DNA of 64,000 bases. It comes from Phoronis australis (taxonomy: Eukaryota > Animalia > Phoronida). Every line of letters begins with the position of its first letter. Within the stretch, counting starts at the first letter, position 1. This document shows positions 39,707 through 52,246 of this stretch, piece by piece. Below the pieces are notes generated by a model, which was not told where the DNA came from, did not search any database, and was given only the letters and a program-made list of their open reading frames with translations. The position numbers were made by a program, and so were the translations under genes. The stretch spans positions 1-64,000 of the forward strand of contig NMRA01000415.1 in NCBI GenBank assembly GCA_002633005.1, in the 5' to 3' direction.

Positions 39707-42700
39707 GTAAGCGCCGTTTAGTATATTAATACATGTATGTTTAATGTCTCTATTGATGATTGTACATGGTCTGCTGCTGTCGTGGGTGTCGAGGCTCACC
39801 ATGGCATTGTTATCAATTCGACTGTCGTGGGTGAGGCTCGGGCCATGGCATTGTTATCAATTGGGCTGTCGTGGTTGTCAAAGCTCAATGGGAATAGTGT
39901 TGTCTCAGAACACCAAAATATACACCTGTAGTATTAAGATACCGTGGGTTTTTGTACACCCTGTGACCAGGGCTGTCGCTTAATATGATAGTGGTGACTT
40001 ATTAAACATGGTATTACCTGGTCAAAACCGTTGTGGTTGGTGACGTAATGCGATATAATTAATGTTCAATTCACAAGTGAAACATTCAACAACTGAGCTT
40101 CACATACATGAGTGTTTCCCATGAAAAATAACACGTTTTGATCCCCGACTTCCATTAATGGGTGAACTACTGTAGTAATAACAGCGTACAGTACTTAATG
40201 GTATTGCTAAGTTATCGTTATGTTCATTTTTGTATCAATTGATGGCTCTACATGGTAAACAGGATTATGTTTAATAATCAATGTAAACATCTAAATTTCC
40301 GGATGTGAAGCAATGTCTGTGAACTTAAAAGTTTTCTTATTAAAATATTGTTAACACTTCGCAGAAAATAAATAATCAACGGTGATTGACTCGCACAATC
40401 ATTTCAAAACAAAAAACGACGTTTAGTTCATTGTGCATGCATCAATCGTTGGAAGTTTCCTTCAATCATTTGTCAACGATCTTCCCTGTGTGAACCAAAT
40501 CACATTGCGCCATCATCTCGTGCACGTGTCACTGCACTTCATCAGATATTGCGTAACCGAATTCTGCCATTTTGTCAAGTGTTGCCTTAACGTTTGCACT
40601 TGTAGACAAAATCGTGTGGCCAGAAATAAAGTTGCCAACATTGATATCTCACTCTGTCAGTTAAATCCTCGCCTGCTCAAAACATTCCGCTCAGAGTACA
40701 TGTGCCCGCTATATTATTATGTAAAACATTTTAGGGACAACAGGACCATCTGACAATGCTCATGACGTCATTGGCGTAAAAGTGAAGGCTCCGGACAACT
40801 GCATTGTCAAAGTCAGATATCAAAGCTTTTCAAGAATCATTCAAGACAAGTTCAATGAAGGTGACGTCGTTATTCACCCACAGTACGTTTGTGTAAATCA
40901 AAATAAAAGCCACGAATTGTTGCAACCCTGCGACATTCGAATAAATGTGGAGTGGACACTAAAACAAATACCGCAAGGGAGTCGTGGTAGTTTTCATGTT
41001 TTATTGGCAGATCGTGATCAGGTGGATGATATCACAAACAAGTGTAACCCTCGCTTGGACGAAAACGAGTTGATAATCACCTCTCGTAAGAAAGGTGAGC
41101 ACTCAGCAGTATGGTGCCAACCTCAGAAAATCGGTGTAGTTATTTCCCGGATCAAAAGTACGTTCAAGTGCAGGTTGTGCTCTGTTGTTACCCGGGAAGA
41201 GACAGGTATGAAATTCCAAGTGGTCATCCATGCTCCCAACGTAGTGTGCAGAGGTGAGTGCAGCCACAAGTGTGATAGCGATGCCCCGATGACGATGGTT
41301 GACGGAACTGAAATTAAGGTTATTGCGGAGTTTCTGGACACAAAATCATCAAGAGACCATGTAAAAGTGGATCTTGGTTGCCTCACAATCGACAAGAATT
41401 TGTGCGAAGGAACCGGAATATTGCATGAAAAATTTCAAGATGGATCAGGAAGTACCGATGGTTCAGCCAGTTGCATTTTAATCGGGATGAACTTCTACTA
41501 CAAAGAACAACGCATCAAGAGTCAGATAGTGAAGGTAAGCATACCACCACGTGTTTGTAACCTGACAGTATTCAACACTATGACATTGATAATGTGTGTA
41601 ACTAGGTTTATGTAAGCGTGCTTTTGTGGCCGTAATGAGCGTATAATCATGACATTTATCTTGAGTAATTCGTAAATGGTAGTGTATACGTTTGGTAGTA
41701 CACTTGGAGTTCCGAGTTCAATGTGTAGTGTATACGTTTGGTAGTACACTTGGAGTTCGGAGTTCAATATGTAGTGTATACGTTTGGTAGTACACTTGGA
41801 GTTCGGAGTTCAATATGTAGTGTATACGTTTGGTAGTACACTTGGAGTTCGGAGTTCAATATGTAGTGTATACGTTTGGTAGTACACTTGGAGTTCCGAG
41901 TTCAATGTGTAGTGTATACGTTTGGTAGTACACTTGGAGTTCCGAGTTCAATGTGTAGTGTATACGTTTGGTAGTACACTTGGAGTTCCGAGTTCAATGT
42001 GTGGTGTATACGTTTGGTAGTACACTTGGAGTTCCGAGTTCAATATGTAGTGTATACGTTTGGTAGTACACTTGGAGTTCCGAGTTCAATGTGTGGTGTA
42101 TACGTTTGGTAGTACACTTGGAGTTCCGAGTTCAATATGTAGTGTATTCGTTTGGTAGTACACTTGGAGTTCCGAGTTCAATGTGTGGTGTATACGTTTG
42201 GTAGTACACTTGGAGTTCCGAGTTCAATATGTGGTGTGTACGTTTGGTAGTACACTTGGAGTTCCGAGTTCAATATGTATTGTATACGTATGGTAGTACA
42301 CTTGGAGTTCCGAGTTCAATATGTGGTGTATACGTTTTTATGTACATGTCAACCGATACGGGAATTAAGTTTGTTACGTATTTTGCCGATTCTATAGGAA
42401 AACGTTAGCATAACTTGGAACTCTGTTTTCGATATAGAGTTCATACATGTATATGTAGATGTATTTGTAGATGTCAACCAATACGGGTATACTTTGCCGA
42501 TTCTGTAATGCTATGGAGTAGCGCCAAAATAGGCATTTCCCAATGTTCATAATAAAGTTCTTGAACCTTCGCTTAGGCTTTTGCTGGCAGTTTTGTTTGT
42601 CGAAATACTCTAATATCACTAGTTGTGCTCTACAGAGCCAATGGAGTAACCAAAGAAACACTCACACAAACTATATCTACAGTAAGAGCCTCTAATAGGC

Positions 42701-45700
42701 AAGTACGTACAGTGTATATTTGGACTAGTTTTCGTCAGTGTTATGGTTTGTTATGTTTTTATGGTTGACATGCATGGAAGAATTATCATGGCTTTTTAAT
42801 GTTTTATTTTAGGCTGTACATTGATAGCGTAGCAGTGCTTGTTTGTGGTCCGCTGTTTCCCAATATTCGTTCATGTTATACATGTAGGTAAAGATTGATA
42901 AAAGTCGTTGTGTTATACTGCAATGCGCGCATTTTAGTCGAGTTCTTGTTTAAATTATCGGAGAACCCCTGTTTGTGCACAAACTTATTGAAGATATCGC
43001 TGTAATTATTCATATAATTGCAAGTCTTGTTCATTCATAAACCCTATTATCCAACGCAATTCTATATATATGTGCACGTCATGTTCATTCATAAACGCAT
43101 TATCCCCACCAATTCTTTATGTAAGCGCACGTGATAATGTTTGTCCGATATACAACACATTTTCCACGCTGCCTAAGGGGAAAACGGACAACTAAAGATG
43201 ATGTCAGTCACAGGAAAATGAAGTAATCCGGGGTAATATTGCCTCATTGTTTGTGGCAGGTTAACATTAGAATCATGCTTCACCTTCCCAATAAAGTGTG
43301 TGGTGAGAAAAGTGACAGTTTGTGAAGTATGTTTGAATGCCAGTGAATGACATAACAATTCAGTACTGACGATTAATCAGTTACCTTTTCTGCATTCCTT
43401 AGCTTGAAACGGGAACTTCAACTCCGTCCGTTGATTTGCAAGGCCGCGATCAAGACGAACAAGAGGTCATTGGTCGAGGTCACAAGCCACAAGAGCACAC
43501 GAGGAAACGTCAGGTAAATTGGTTTTCACCATAAATATCGAAGCCAATTTCACCCAGTGATGCACCAAGTTGGGACACGCCACAATAGGTGGAAATCCTT
43601 AATATTAGGCATCCCGTCGTGTGTTGTCACCTATTTCCCACAACCGACCTCCAGTTGCTCTTAATCGAGTAGGGTTTCCATCGTCATCGTAATTTCGATG
43701 TTCACACACCCCTTAGAAGTAGAACTCTTAGCACTGACATGACCACGGTATGGCTCTTCAACCAATGTACATGTATCTATATAGTACGCACTCTATATAA
43801 AGCTTTGTCTCAATAAGTCCATTAGTGAGACGTGTAACATTTTAAACGACTGCTTTATAGCACAAATAATCGTGTGTATTCAGCTTTGACTTCGAATCGT
43901 CAACTGCAATAGCTTATGTATTTCGCCCAGTAAAATTCCCCTATGCGACTCTTTAAACATCACATGTATGCTCCAGCTGTCGTGAACGAAGTTGAAACGA
44001 GAGTAATATCCGAAAAACAATGTTTTTAAACAACGCTTTAGATCATGTCTTTTCATCCGGTTACCAATCTCTAAGGTGGGGGCATATTCATTTTACTGTG
44101 TGGATAGATATATCTTTACTAATGATGCTGGTAATTGACCCGCTGTGTTATGTTGCATATTTGTGTAGAAAAAGCTGGTACTCACGTTCTCACATTGTAT
44201 GACTAGTTGGCTAAAAGCGGCGCTGTGTATTGCATTTTCATCCAATCAAAACGTTGGACATTGGGAAAGTACGTGATGTTGTATTGGTTACAGAAGTGAG
44301 TGGGGAAAAATAAGCATTGTACTGCTGGAACTATACAGAGTTTCAGATAGCTGTTAAAAACGTGGCAAGCATCAACAAATGTTTTTAATTGAAAAAAAAT
44401 TATTACCTTACTTGCTCATGTTATGACGTAATTTTGGTTTAAGATTTTTGGTCGTTTTTTCAAGTTTGCATACCTTGGAATGATCTGTAATAAATATTTG
44501 TAAAGTACCCTCAGTCCCAAGATTGTTGTCAGTCAAATTTCAATACATTAAACACACTCTTACTGTACATTTTATACTCACACATATACGTTTGTGGGTG
44601 CATACTGCCGTGATTTCGGTCCGGTCCGTCCGCTGCAGCTGTAAACGCCTTGCGGGATTTTAATGATATTGGTGAGATATCTCCCTGGGAAGCTGACGAC
44701 ACATGTAGGCGAGTTGTGGACCAATCTAATTACTGCTTTGCTCCTTAGTTGTCATTCATATTTCATTCAAGTACTTTCCTAACTGTTCTGGGACCATCAT
44801 GAAAGTGGACAGGAGTGTTGTTGCTGAGAAGAGCAGAGCATGAATCATGTTGATTCCCGTAGGGTTAGAACCTCCATGGTACCCCCCATGACAGTTTTGA
44901 TTCTGTGACTGTAGTTTCTAATCCCCTTACACTATTTTTGTAAAATCCAATTCCCAAAATTAGCCACATTCAAAAGTGAAAGTTCATGAAATGTGCACGA
45001 GTTAGTATCAACAAAGTTACGTTGTGCTTTTATGTAAAGCAATAGTTTGTGATGTGAAAGATACATGTTCAAAACACAACTGCATCTCTTAAATTGACAG
45101 ACGTGGTTTTATAAGCCCCCTCTCATCAGATTCTATATTTCTTTACAGACCATTGAAGGCCGAGCAACTGAGGCGGTTGGTAAGTTCATGAGGTCACACA
45201 CCACTGCTATAAATCACCTTTTTTCGCGACCTGATAGAATGCCATTTTTCACTGAAGGTTTGTCGTGTAATTCATTCAAAGCACCTGTTTACCACGCTTT
45301 GCATTTAGAGTTCAGAAATTTCCACACCCCGTGTACGAAGTTAAGTTGTTTCGGTGACTTCTCTCTCGCTGTGCCGTTGTAGGGAAAGGGAAAGAATAGA
45401 CATGTGCAATTGTGGCAAAGTGTGACTAGTTCCAGAGAGGCAGTACACTGGGACAAGAAGTGGTGTGACTATCAACCATTTTGAATGTCTATACACCAGT
45501 CTGTGAAAGGATCAAGCACAAATTCCTTCCTCGCTCCCATAATGGAAGATACACTTTTCAAGCAGCTTTTATGTGGAATTCCAATTGAAAATTGCAGGGA
45601 AATGGTAGATCGGATATCCCTTCTCCAATTCGTAATCTTTGCTCATTTTTCTGGTATAATTTTGCTTTTATAATGGTACTGTTGAATACACGCTCTGCCT

Positions 45701-48700
45701 TGATCCATGAAATGACCCTAAATCAAATCAAATTCACTGACCACCCAGTGTATGCCTTCATTAGACACGCAATACGCTGCAATTACATCCCATAGCGCGA
45801 ACATGTAACACCCTCATGCTTTTCAGTAATTCACACAATCATGTGTGTATCTTTTATGTTAAAGGCGTGTATCCAAGAACCGGTAAAGGTCTAGTTGTCC
45901 TTGTCAACAACATTAATTTTGATGCTGAAACAGATGAGGAGAGAGAAAGGCAAAGAAGACACGGTATGGTTTTGCTGTTAGCACTTTGTTTCAAAAATTT
46001 CAGTTGCTATAGCGGAAAATGAATGACATGAGTTAACGATAAATGGTGATATACATGTAGAACGGCTATCAAGAACCAATGTATTAAGGTCACTTGGAGT
46101 TCTGAAACAGGTCTCAAATTGATTGCAAATTCAGGGTTTCGAAACAACGACCGCTAGTGTAGTTTATTTCAATGCACTTCGAACGATCCCAGAACTTAAA
46201 ATTCGAAGCCATGATGTCACTTGGAATTATATTAGTTGTTTTGGAGAAGTAACGAATTTTCAGTACTTTGGGAGCCCTGAAATTTACCTCTAAACTGAGT
46301 GAAGAACAAGATTAGACATGGTCCAAACCCAAACGTGTTTTTAAGTGAATGTACTGGTTTAATGCCACTTGGAGAGGTGATTATTCCCAAAACTTTGTTG
46401 ATTACAGGAGTTGTCAAAGCAACACACTTTCACGTTTTGTATCTGACGACAACACCATACCTTTGCTTCTGACGGTACAGATGCTAGTAAGCGTGAGATA
46501 TGTTAAAGAGTTTCAAATCTCAAACTATTGTTGAAAACAGACCGAATATTCTTGTGTTAATTTTAGGCTTCAAAAATCTTACAGGTTCCGAAAAAGATGA
46601 AAAAATGTTGCTGGAAACGTTTACAAGATATTCAGCACGATACGACGTTTTGTGTGGCAATGACTTCAACAAGGAAAAAATGAAACTCAGACTTAAGTTC
46701 GTGCAAATGAAACTCAAAACCGAAACATACAATCAACTCATCTTCTTCGTACTCTCACATGGTGAAAAGGTGAGTATTATTGACCACTACAACTGTACAG
46801 TAATTCAGGTTCATGTACATGTACATCCGTAATGCGTGAACACATCTACTACCACAAGAAACTGTAGGAACACCGCATTTATCCACCTTCACTCTTATCA
46901 GGCTTCTGTTGTGAGTCAGCATGTGTGAAAAATTGGCTGATAAGCCACCTCTGGAACTACTTTTGGCTGAATGGATGACCAGGCCATAATACTATAATTA
47001 ACCAAGACCAGTTAACTAATGCATTTTACTCGTACATGTACTCGGCATGCATTATGTCTGTGTAGGTCAAAACATTGATATCAGAGTCAACAAGTCAATA
47101 CTGGACATCAACGTTATTCCGTGTGCTGCGAAACGCTGTAGTAATATACCTTTAAATATTTCTGAATGAACCTAATTAAATATCCAGTCACTGAAATGGT
47201 TGCCTATCCCAAAGCAATTAAATTATATACACATGTATTTAGGATTGTTAAACTTGGAATTCCAAATGCGAAGTGGGGTAAATCATGGATGTTTTCATAC
47301 AAAATAGGCCTTTTGAAATCGACATGCAATAGTAAAAATGGTTTATTGTAAACAGTTAACAAATGGTTTATAAGGTCCGGACTGAGAGGGTCATTGATGT
47401 ATTACGCCCTGTGAGTTTTGGATAGCCAAGCCTGGAATGAATGTTGTTCAGCGACACTGGAAAATAAGTTTCATGCTTGTTGTCAAAGGCACATTTGTTA
47501 TTTTTTAAACCTGTGTAGAGTACAGGTGCATGAATATATTAATGTAACACATGAGGGCATAAGATTTAACATTATTCACAGGATGGCATCACGACAACTG
47601 ATGGACACCTACTGCCATTTGGAGACATATGTAAATACTTCCGGGGAGATGAAGTACAAAGAATGAATAGTACGTACATGTTCATATATTTACTCACCAC
47701 CTAAAACTCAAATTACGAAACACCTCACAAAATACATCCTTTTGTTCAATTTCTTCAGACCAGTTATCTATCAAAATGATGATGCACACTCATCACAATT
47801 GTTTTAAATGCCGTGATGAACAACTGATTCCATTCCCATTTAGGTCATCCGGGTGTTTGGCAAGTAAAGGGGTGCTAGCATACGATAGACTCAAAAGTGG
47901 TTGTGAACTTTTCCATCATAATTCATTTCATTGGTGGAATGTAGTTGCTATGGTGACATGATACCAGTGCAGCATGTAGCAAATCGCCCTTTTCCAAAAG
48001 TTCAACGTTTAGCCTGTAAATTGATGTCTGAAGCTCTTTTACGTCATTTTGACAAAACTGTCGAATGCCTGTCATGTTGATGTTTGTTCTCAAAATGGCT
48101 ACGTTGAACGCACTGTATGTAGAAATTATTTACCAGTTCGTGTAATGCTCATGTTCATTTCAGAATTACCGAAAGTGTTTATGTATCAGTCTTGCCGTGT
48201 CACGGGACCGGATAGAGCATCCAATGCTTCATGTATTGAAACCAGAGACACAACAAGCGACTATGTTATGGATCAACCACCTGATGCTCATATGCTCACG
48301 GCATACGCCACGACTGAAGGTGAGCTTCTTAAAACCCCATACCAAAAGACCATGTTTGCCGCAAGCTTGCAGCAAACATGCCGCAAGCTTGCGGCAAACA
48401 ATTTTGTTTTCAGCAAACCAGCCGCAACGTTTGCAGGAGTTTGCCGCTACCCGCAGCTCACCCGCACACATTGCCGCAACCTTGCTGCAAACACTGAAGT
48501 TTGCAGGAATGTTGCAGCAAACTTGGGGATTGAACAAGTGTTTGCGGGAAAGTTGCAGGAAACTTAAGAGTTGAAAAGTGTTTGCAGGAAAGTTGCAGGA
48601 AACTTTATTGATGAAAAAGTGTTTGCGGGAAAGTTGCAGGAAACTTTATTGGTGAAAATGTGTTTGCGGGAAAGTTGCAGGAAACTTTATTGGTGAAAAA

Positions 48701-51700
48701 GTGTTTGCGGGAAAGTTGCAGGAAACATTAATGGTAAAAAGTGTTCTCAGGAATAGGGGAAAAAGTGGTGGCACGATATTTGCAGTAAACTTCAATGTTT
48801 AAAGTTTTAGCATTAAGATTGTGACAATGTTAGAAATTGTGAAATTGTTTTTTTTATTTTCTGAATTTCAAAGAAACCTCAAATCCCAGAACCTAAGCAG
48901 GGCAATTACTTAATTTAGATTACTTACCTAAATGTGACCTATTGTTGGGTGAGTTACATTGTTAAAAACAGCAAATGCTCAAATGTCAAGTTACATGTAA
49001 CCAGTTCTTCAAAATAATCACATAATTGAGACTGTAAAACTTAAGTTTGTGTCAATTTTCACATCGCTCTCTGACTGTTTGATTCACTATAGGAACAACA
49101 ATTTTTTGTTTTGGTTAAATACATGGCAACTATTGGGCACAAAATAAGATTAGATTTGTGGAAAGTGATATGGCATTCATATTTTATGTTTGTGAATATT
49201 GAGTGACCTAATGTACTTGATGAAAGCCAGAAACATTGCAGAGGTTATGAGGCAACGAGTTTGAGTTGAAAACACCGGAACAAATGGCGTAAACAGCATC
49301 TCAAAGTTGGTTCGAACAAACATGGATGAAAACACTAGCGATCATCCCATATGAACTCTATGGAACACCTACGATTGCTGTAATGCAGATTAGTCTGGAG
49401 TAGAATGTGTTTAGAACGTCCACTAGTATGGTTATAACTGGATATAACCTCTGTAGTTGTTCTTTTCAACACCATAGTAATATTGTAGAATGGAATTTAT
49501 GATTTATGTTTGATGTCTTAGATAAATGAATGATGTTATTGGATGATATCGCTATAGTCGAAATATTGCAAATTTCAACAAAGGCTTACAAGTTCAATGA
49601 TAGCCCATTCAGTAGACTGATGTATCATGAAACCATATTGGGAAGCAAAAATAGTAATCGATGAAGTATTCGACATTTTTCAAGTATTTTAGATGAACAT
49701 GGGAAAAATAAATATGTTCATAATTGTTAAGATTGATTTTTTTCAGTTGACAAGTAATGAGGTTATTTAAAATAAAATGCTTAAATATGCTCGACATGCT
49801 GTTCTAAGCATGCCTTTCTACGGGGGAAAGTCAAATTTCATGGTTTTCTATACTGGCATTCGACATATTTTGCGCCAGTTTCAATGCTAATAAACACCCC
49901 GTTTGTGCATTTCAACGCTCTGTGTTGCTGTTGTTAGTTTAGTCAGTTAAATAACATCGTTGTTGCAATTACTACAGATTTTGTCGTGCGTTAAGAATAA
50001 AACATCTAGGTATATTGTAATTAAAGCGTGCATACATTCAAGTTATTCTCTCAAGACACAACTTTGATTGTATTACAAGTATTATTACTAATTGCCACTG
50101 TAGACACTTTTATAGTTTCTGTTATTCATTGTCATGTGATTTTGTTTTCATTTCTAGTCATTATACATCAGATTGAAAATTATCATGTTAAATCCAGTGT
50201 GCAGCTGATTGTTGCTTTAACAAGCGGGCATGCAATAAAAATTATGTAGTTGTCAGCTGGCATTTTTGCATTAAATTATTCATGCCACAATTCAAGTATG
50301 TTGTAGTCTTGCAGCAATATTTTTTCTGGTATTTCGCAGAAACTTTTATATAACCCATGAAGGTGTTTGCGGCAAGCATGCAGCAATGTGTGCGGCTAGG
50401 TTGCAGGAACTGTTCCATATAAGGACATAGAGATGTTTGCGGCAAGCTTGCAGCAATGTGTGCCGCTGGGTTGCAGGAACTGTTCCATATAAGGACATAG
50501 AGATGTTTGCTGCAAGCTTGCGGCAAACTTCATTTGCATGGTAAAAGTTTGCTGCATGTTTGCAACAAGCATGCGGCAAGCATGCAGCAAGCTTGCGGCA
50601 ATGTTTGCAGCTGTGTTGCAGGAAATTTGCATCCACTCTTTGGTCAGAGTTGATTCTACGTGCTTGCCGCTGGTTTGCAGGAACTTTTGCAGTAAGCTTG
50701 CCGCAACTTTGCGGCAAGCTTGCGGCAAGTGTTTGTAGGAAGGCCTTTTTTGGTATGGGACACTTTTGAAAATCCGTTGAAATCAATCGTGTGGGGCAAC
50801 TCCGAATCAAAGTACTGCTATGTCAATGGCAAGATGATTCAACCCCGGTAGACTTTGCATTGAGCATTGTACCCAAACCTTGAATTGGAGTGATTGTCAA
50901 TCGGGGAAAGGACTTGGAGTGTGCACCCTTCAGTGCATTTTCTGGTTCTGCTCCATCTCAACGGGCATCACGTGGAAATACCCTGACACCTACATGCATA
51001 AGCTGGCATACCTGTAGTATGATATAGATCCTTAAATATGAAAGAAGGACCCTAGCCTATTTGTGCTGACCTATCTCTTTGGATTTCAAGTAACTTTTTA
51101 GAATGAGAATAGCAACGACTAAAAATAGCAAACCGCCTCACCGGGTTGCAAAAACACAATTATCAAGTACATAGTACAAGTATACTCTTTGGGCATACAC
51201 TTTCGATGAACCATTTCTGGAAACATCAAATTATTTGCAGTTTTATGCTTGCAAAATTGTATCAGCTGGCGTACCACGGCAGGGAATGGGGCACGACGGG
51301 CCATTCCCTTGTTTATTGCTAAATACCTCTCCCTTTGTTCACGTTTGCCCTAACTTTGTTTATTGAATATTGTAACCGAGCCAATGGCCTTAGACAACAA
51401 CCACTTCGCGTTTGCACCCCCACCACACCTCTTTGTAATCGGAAAGAGAATGTTGGAACATTGATGACACAGTGCCTTGCTTCAAATGTTCCCTTAAAAA
51501 TATGTGTTGGATGGTGTCTTGGCAAGACGGGGACAATTTAACTAATATGCGTTCATTTTTACATACAAATACATGCAGTTTTCAAAGGAGTGCGTCATTT
51601 ATCAACAGGGTTTTAATGTTTAATATTTGCATGTTCTGGTTTTATGAACATGAATTTCTTCAATTTAATTGTTTGCAGGTAACGTTTCGTTCCGAACCCA

Positions 51701-51962
51701 TGAAGGGACGCCCTACATAACCACACTCTGTAAAGTAATCAAAAAGTACAGCGCACATCATCATCTAGAAGACATGCTGAAGATTGTCAATAACATGTTG
51801 TCTCATAGGAAGTTTATGTATGGAAGAAGATTCGCTTTTCAAATGCCAGAATTCAAATCCACTTTGACACGTCACATGTTCATACACAGTGAACACGTAA
51901 ATCGGTCAGATTTGTATCCTGTGTACACCTGTCCTCACTGCAAAAAAGAGCTCACAACTTGA
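39589..51962 (+). CDS. 3' part of a multi-exon caspase gene (linker - ZU5/UPA-like domain - linker - caspase p20/p10 - CxxC tail), 9 exons, 623 aa + stop
   Basis: Exons 39589-39706, 40735-41534, 43403-43513, 45149-45179, 45865-45963, 46585-46769, 47582-47669, 48164-48319 and 51679-51962 all have AG/GT boundaries. Their phases chain consistently (0-1, 1-0, 0-0, 0-1, 1-1, 1-0, 0-1, 1-1, 1-stop) and sum to 1872 nt = 624 codons with no internal stop. Caspase motifs GLVVLVNNINF, RHG, LSHG, PKVFMYQSCR, YATTEG, SFR and QMP..STL appear in the correct order. Confidence 0.85.
40735..41534 (+). CDS. 800-nt exon encoding a ZU5-like followed by a UPA-like beta-rich region
   Basis: Longest ORF in the window (40782-41615); acceptor ttttag| at 40734 and donor AAG|gtaagc. 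Motifs GVKVKAP, FNEGDVVIHP, LLQPCDIRI, VLL..DDIT and ELIITS..HSAVW follow the ZU5 order GV.L.IP / L.EGE..VSP / F.KPV.L.I / W.DIT / V.F.T.HFS. The domain call is by eye only; the exon itself is well supported. Confidence 0.6.
41679..42337. repeat. 46-bp minisatellite x about 14 in the intron after the ZU5-like exon
   Basis: Unit agtgtatacgtttggtagtacacttggagttccgagttcaatgtgt. Confidence 0.97.
43403..43513 (+). CDS. linker exon (LETGTSTPSVDLQGRDQDEQEVIGRGHKPQEHTRKRQ)
   Basis: Pyrimidine tract ttcctt ag|, CAG|gtaaat; 111 nt, open, phase 0-0. Confidence 0.75.
45149..45179 (+). CDS. 31-nt linker micro-exon (TIEGRATEAV)
   Basis: tttctttacag|ACC...G|gtaagt; supplies the phase 0 to 1 shift needed before the first caspase exon. 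Confidence 0.75.
45865..45963 (+). CDS. caspase exon: start of p20 (GVYPRTGKGLVVLVNNINFDAETDEERERQRRHG)
   Basis: aaag|GC...ACG|gtatgg; matches the caspase RG.xLIINN..F.....R.G pattern, including the S1 Arg. Confidence 0.9.
46585..46769 (+). CDS. caspase exon with catalytic His (GSEKDEKMLLETF...LIFFVLSHGEK)
   Basis: acag|GT...AAG|gtgagt; SHG motif after a hydrophobic strand. Confidence 0.92.
47582..47669 (+). CDS. caspase exon (DGITTTDGHLLPFGDICKYFRGDEVQRMN)
   Basis: cacag|GAT...A|gtacgt; fits the G.I...DG......I...F....C..L consensus and bridges the phases of both neighbours. Confidence 0.88.
48164..48319 (+). CDS. caspase exon with catalytic Cys (KLPKVFMYQSCRV...IETRD...DAHMLTAYATTEG)
   Basis: tttcag|AA...G|gtgagc; PK.F..QxCR motif, intersubunit linker and start of p10. 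Confidence 0.93.
48336..50759. mobile_element. 2.4-kb non-autonomous TIR DNA transposon (CACTA/EnSpm-like) in the last caspase intron
   Basis: TIRs cccataccaaaa / ttttggtatggg; 2-bp TSD AC (48334-48335, 50760-50761); dense subterminal gcaagcttgc-type repeats at both ends; internal about 42-bp and 70-bp repeats; no transposase ORF. Confidence 0.8.
51679..51962 (+). CDS. terminal caspase exon: p10 (GNVSFRTHEGTPYITTLCKV...HLEDML...QMPEFKSTL) plus C-terminal YTCPHCKKELTT tail
   Basis: ttgcag|GT; p10 consensus S.R...GS.FI..L...HL.D.L..VN...QMP...STL; stop at 51960-51962. Confidence 0.92.
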
Positions 51963-52246
51963 TGAAGTTGACGGTGTTGCCACCATTTGAAATATGTATT
52001 TTTTGTTTTACCTGAGTTAAATTGGTACATTGTTGCCAGTGGCCATTAACCACCTATTGCATGCTAAAGTGTGAATGAAGATGGTGTGAATATTGATTCA
52101 CGGCTAGTTTGTTGTCTATTTAGTAAGACAAGAATTGACATTCCTTGGTGTTAAGGTAACATTGGAAACGTTGTGTGGTGTTTATAGACACGTTACTTAT
52201 TGTGTGAGACTATATGTACCTGCAAATTACTCCAAGCATTCCACCA

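Noticed and set aside
40433-40734. 106-aa ORF as a 5' extension of the ZU5-like exon
   Set aside because: It is in a different frame; the ZU5 frame has TAA at 40722-40724 and a good acceptor at 40733-40734.
48320-48574. Overlapping Cys/Ala-rich ORFs (also 50242-50810 and 35507-35848)
   Set aside because: They arise from gcaagcttgc subterminal repeats of the transposon and are open on both strands.
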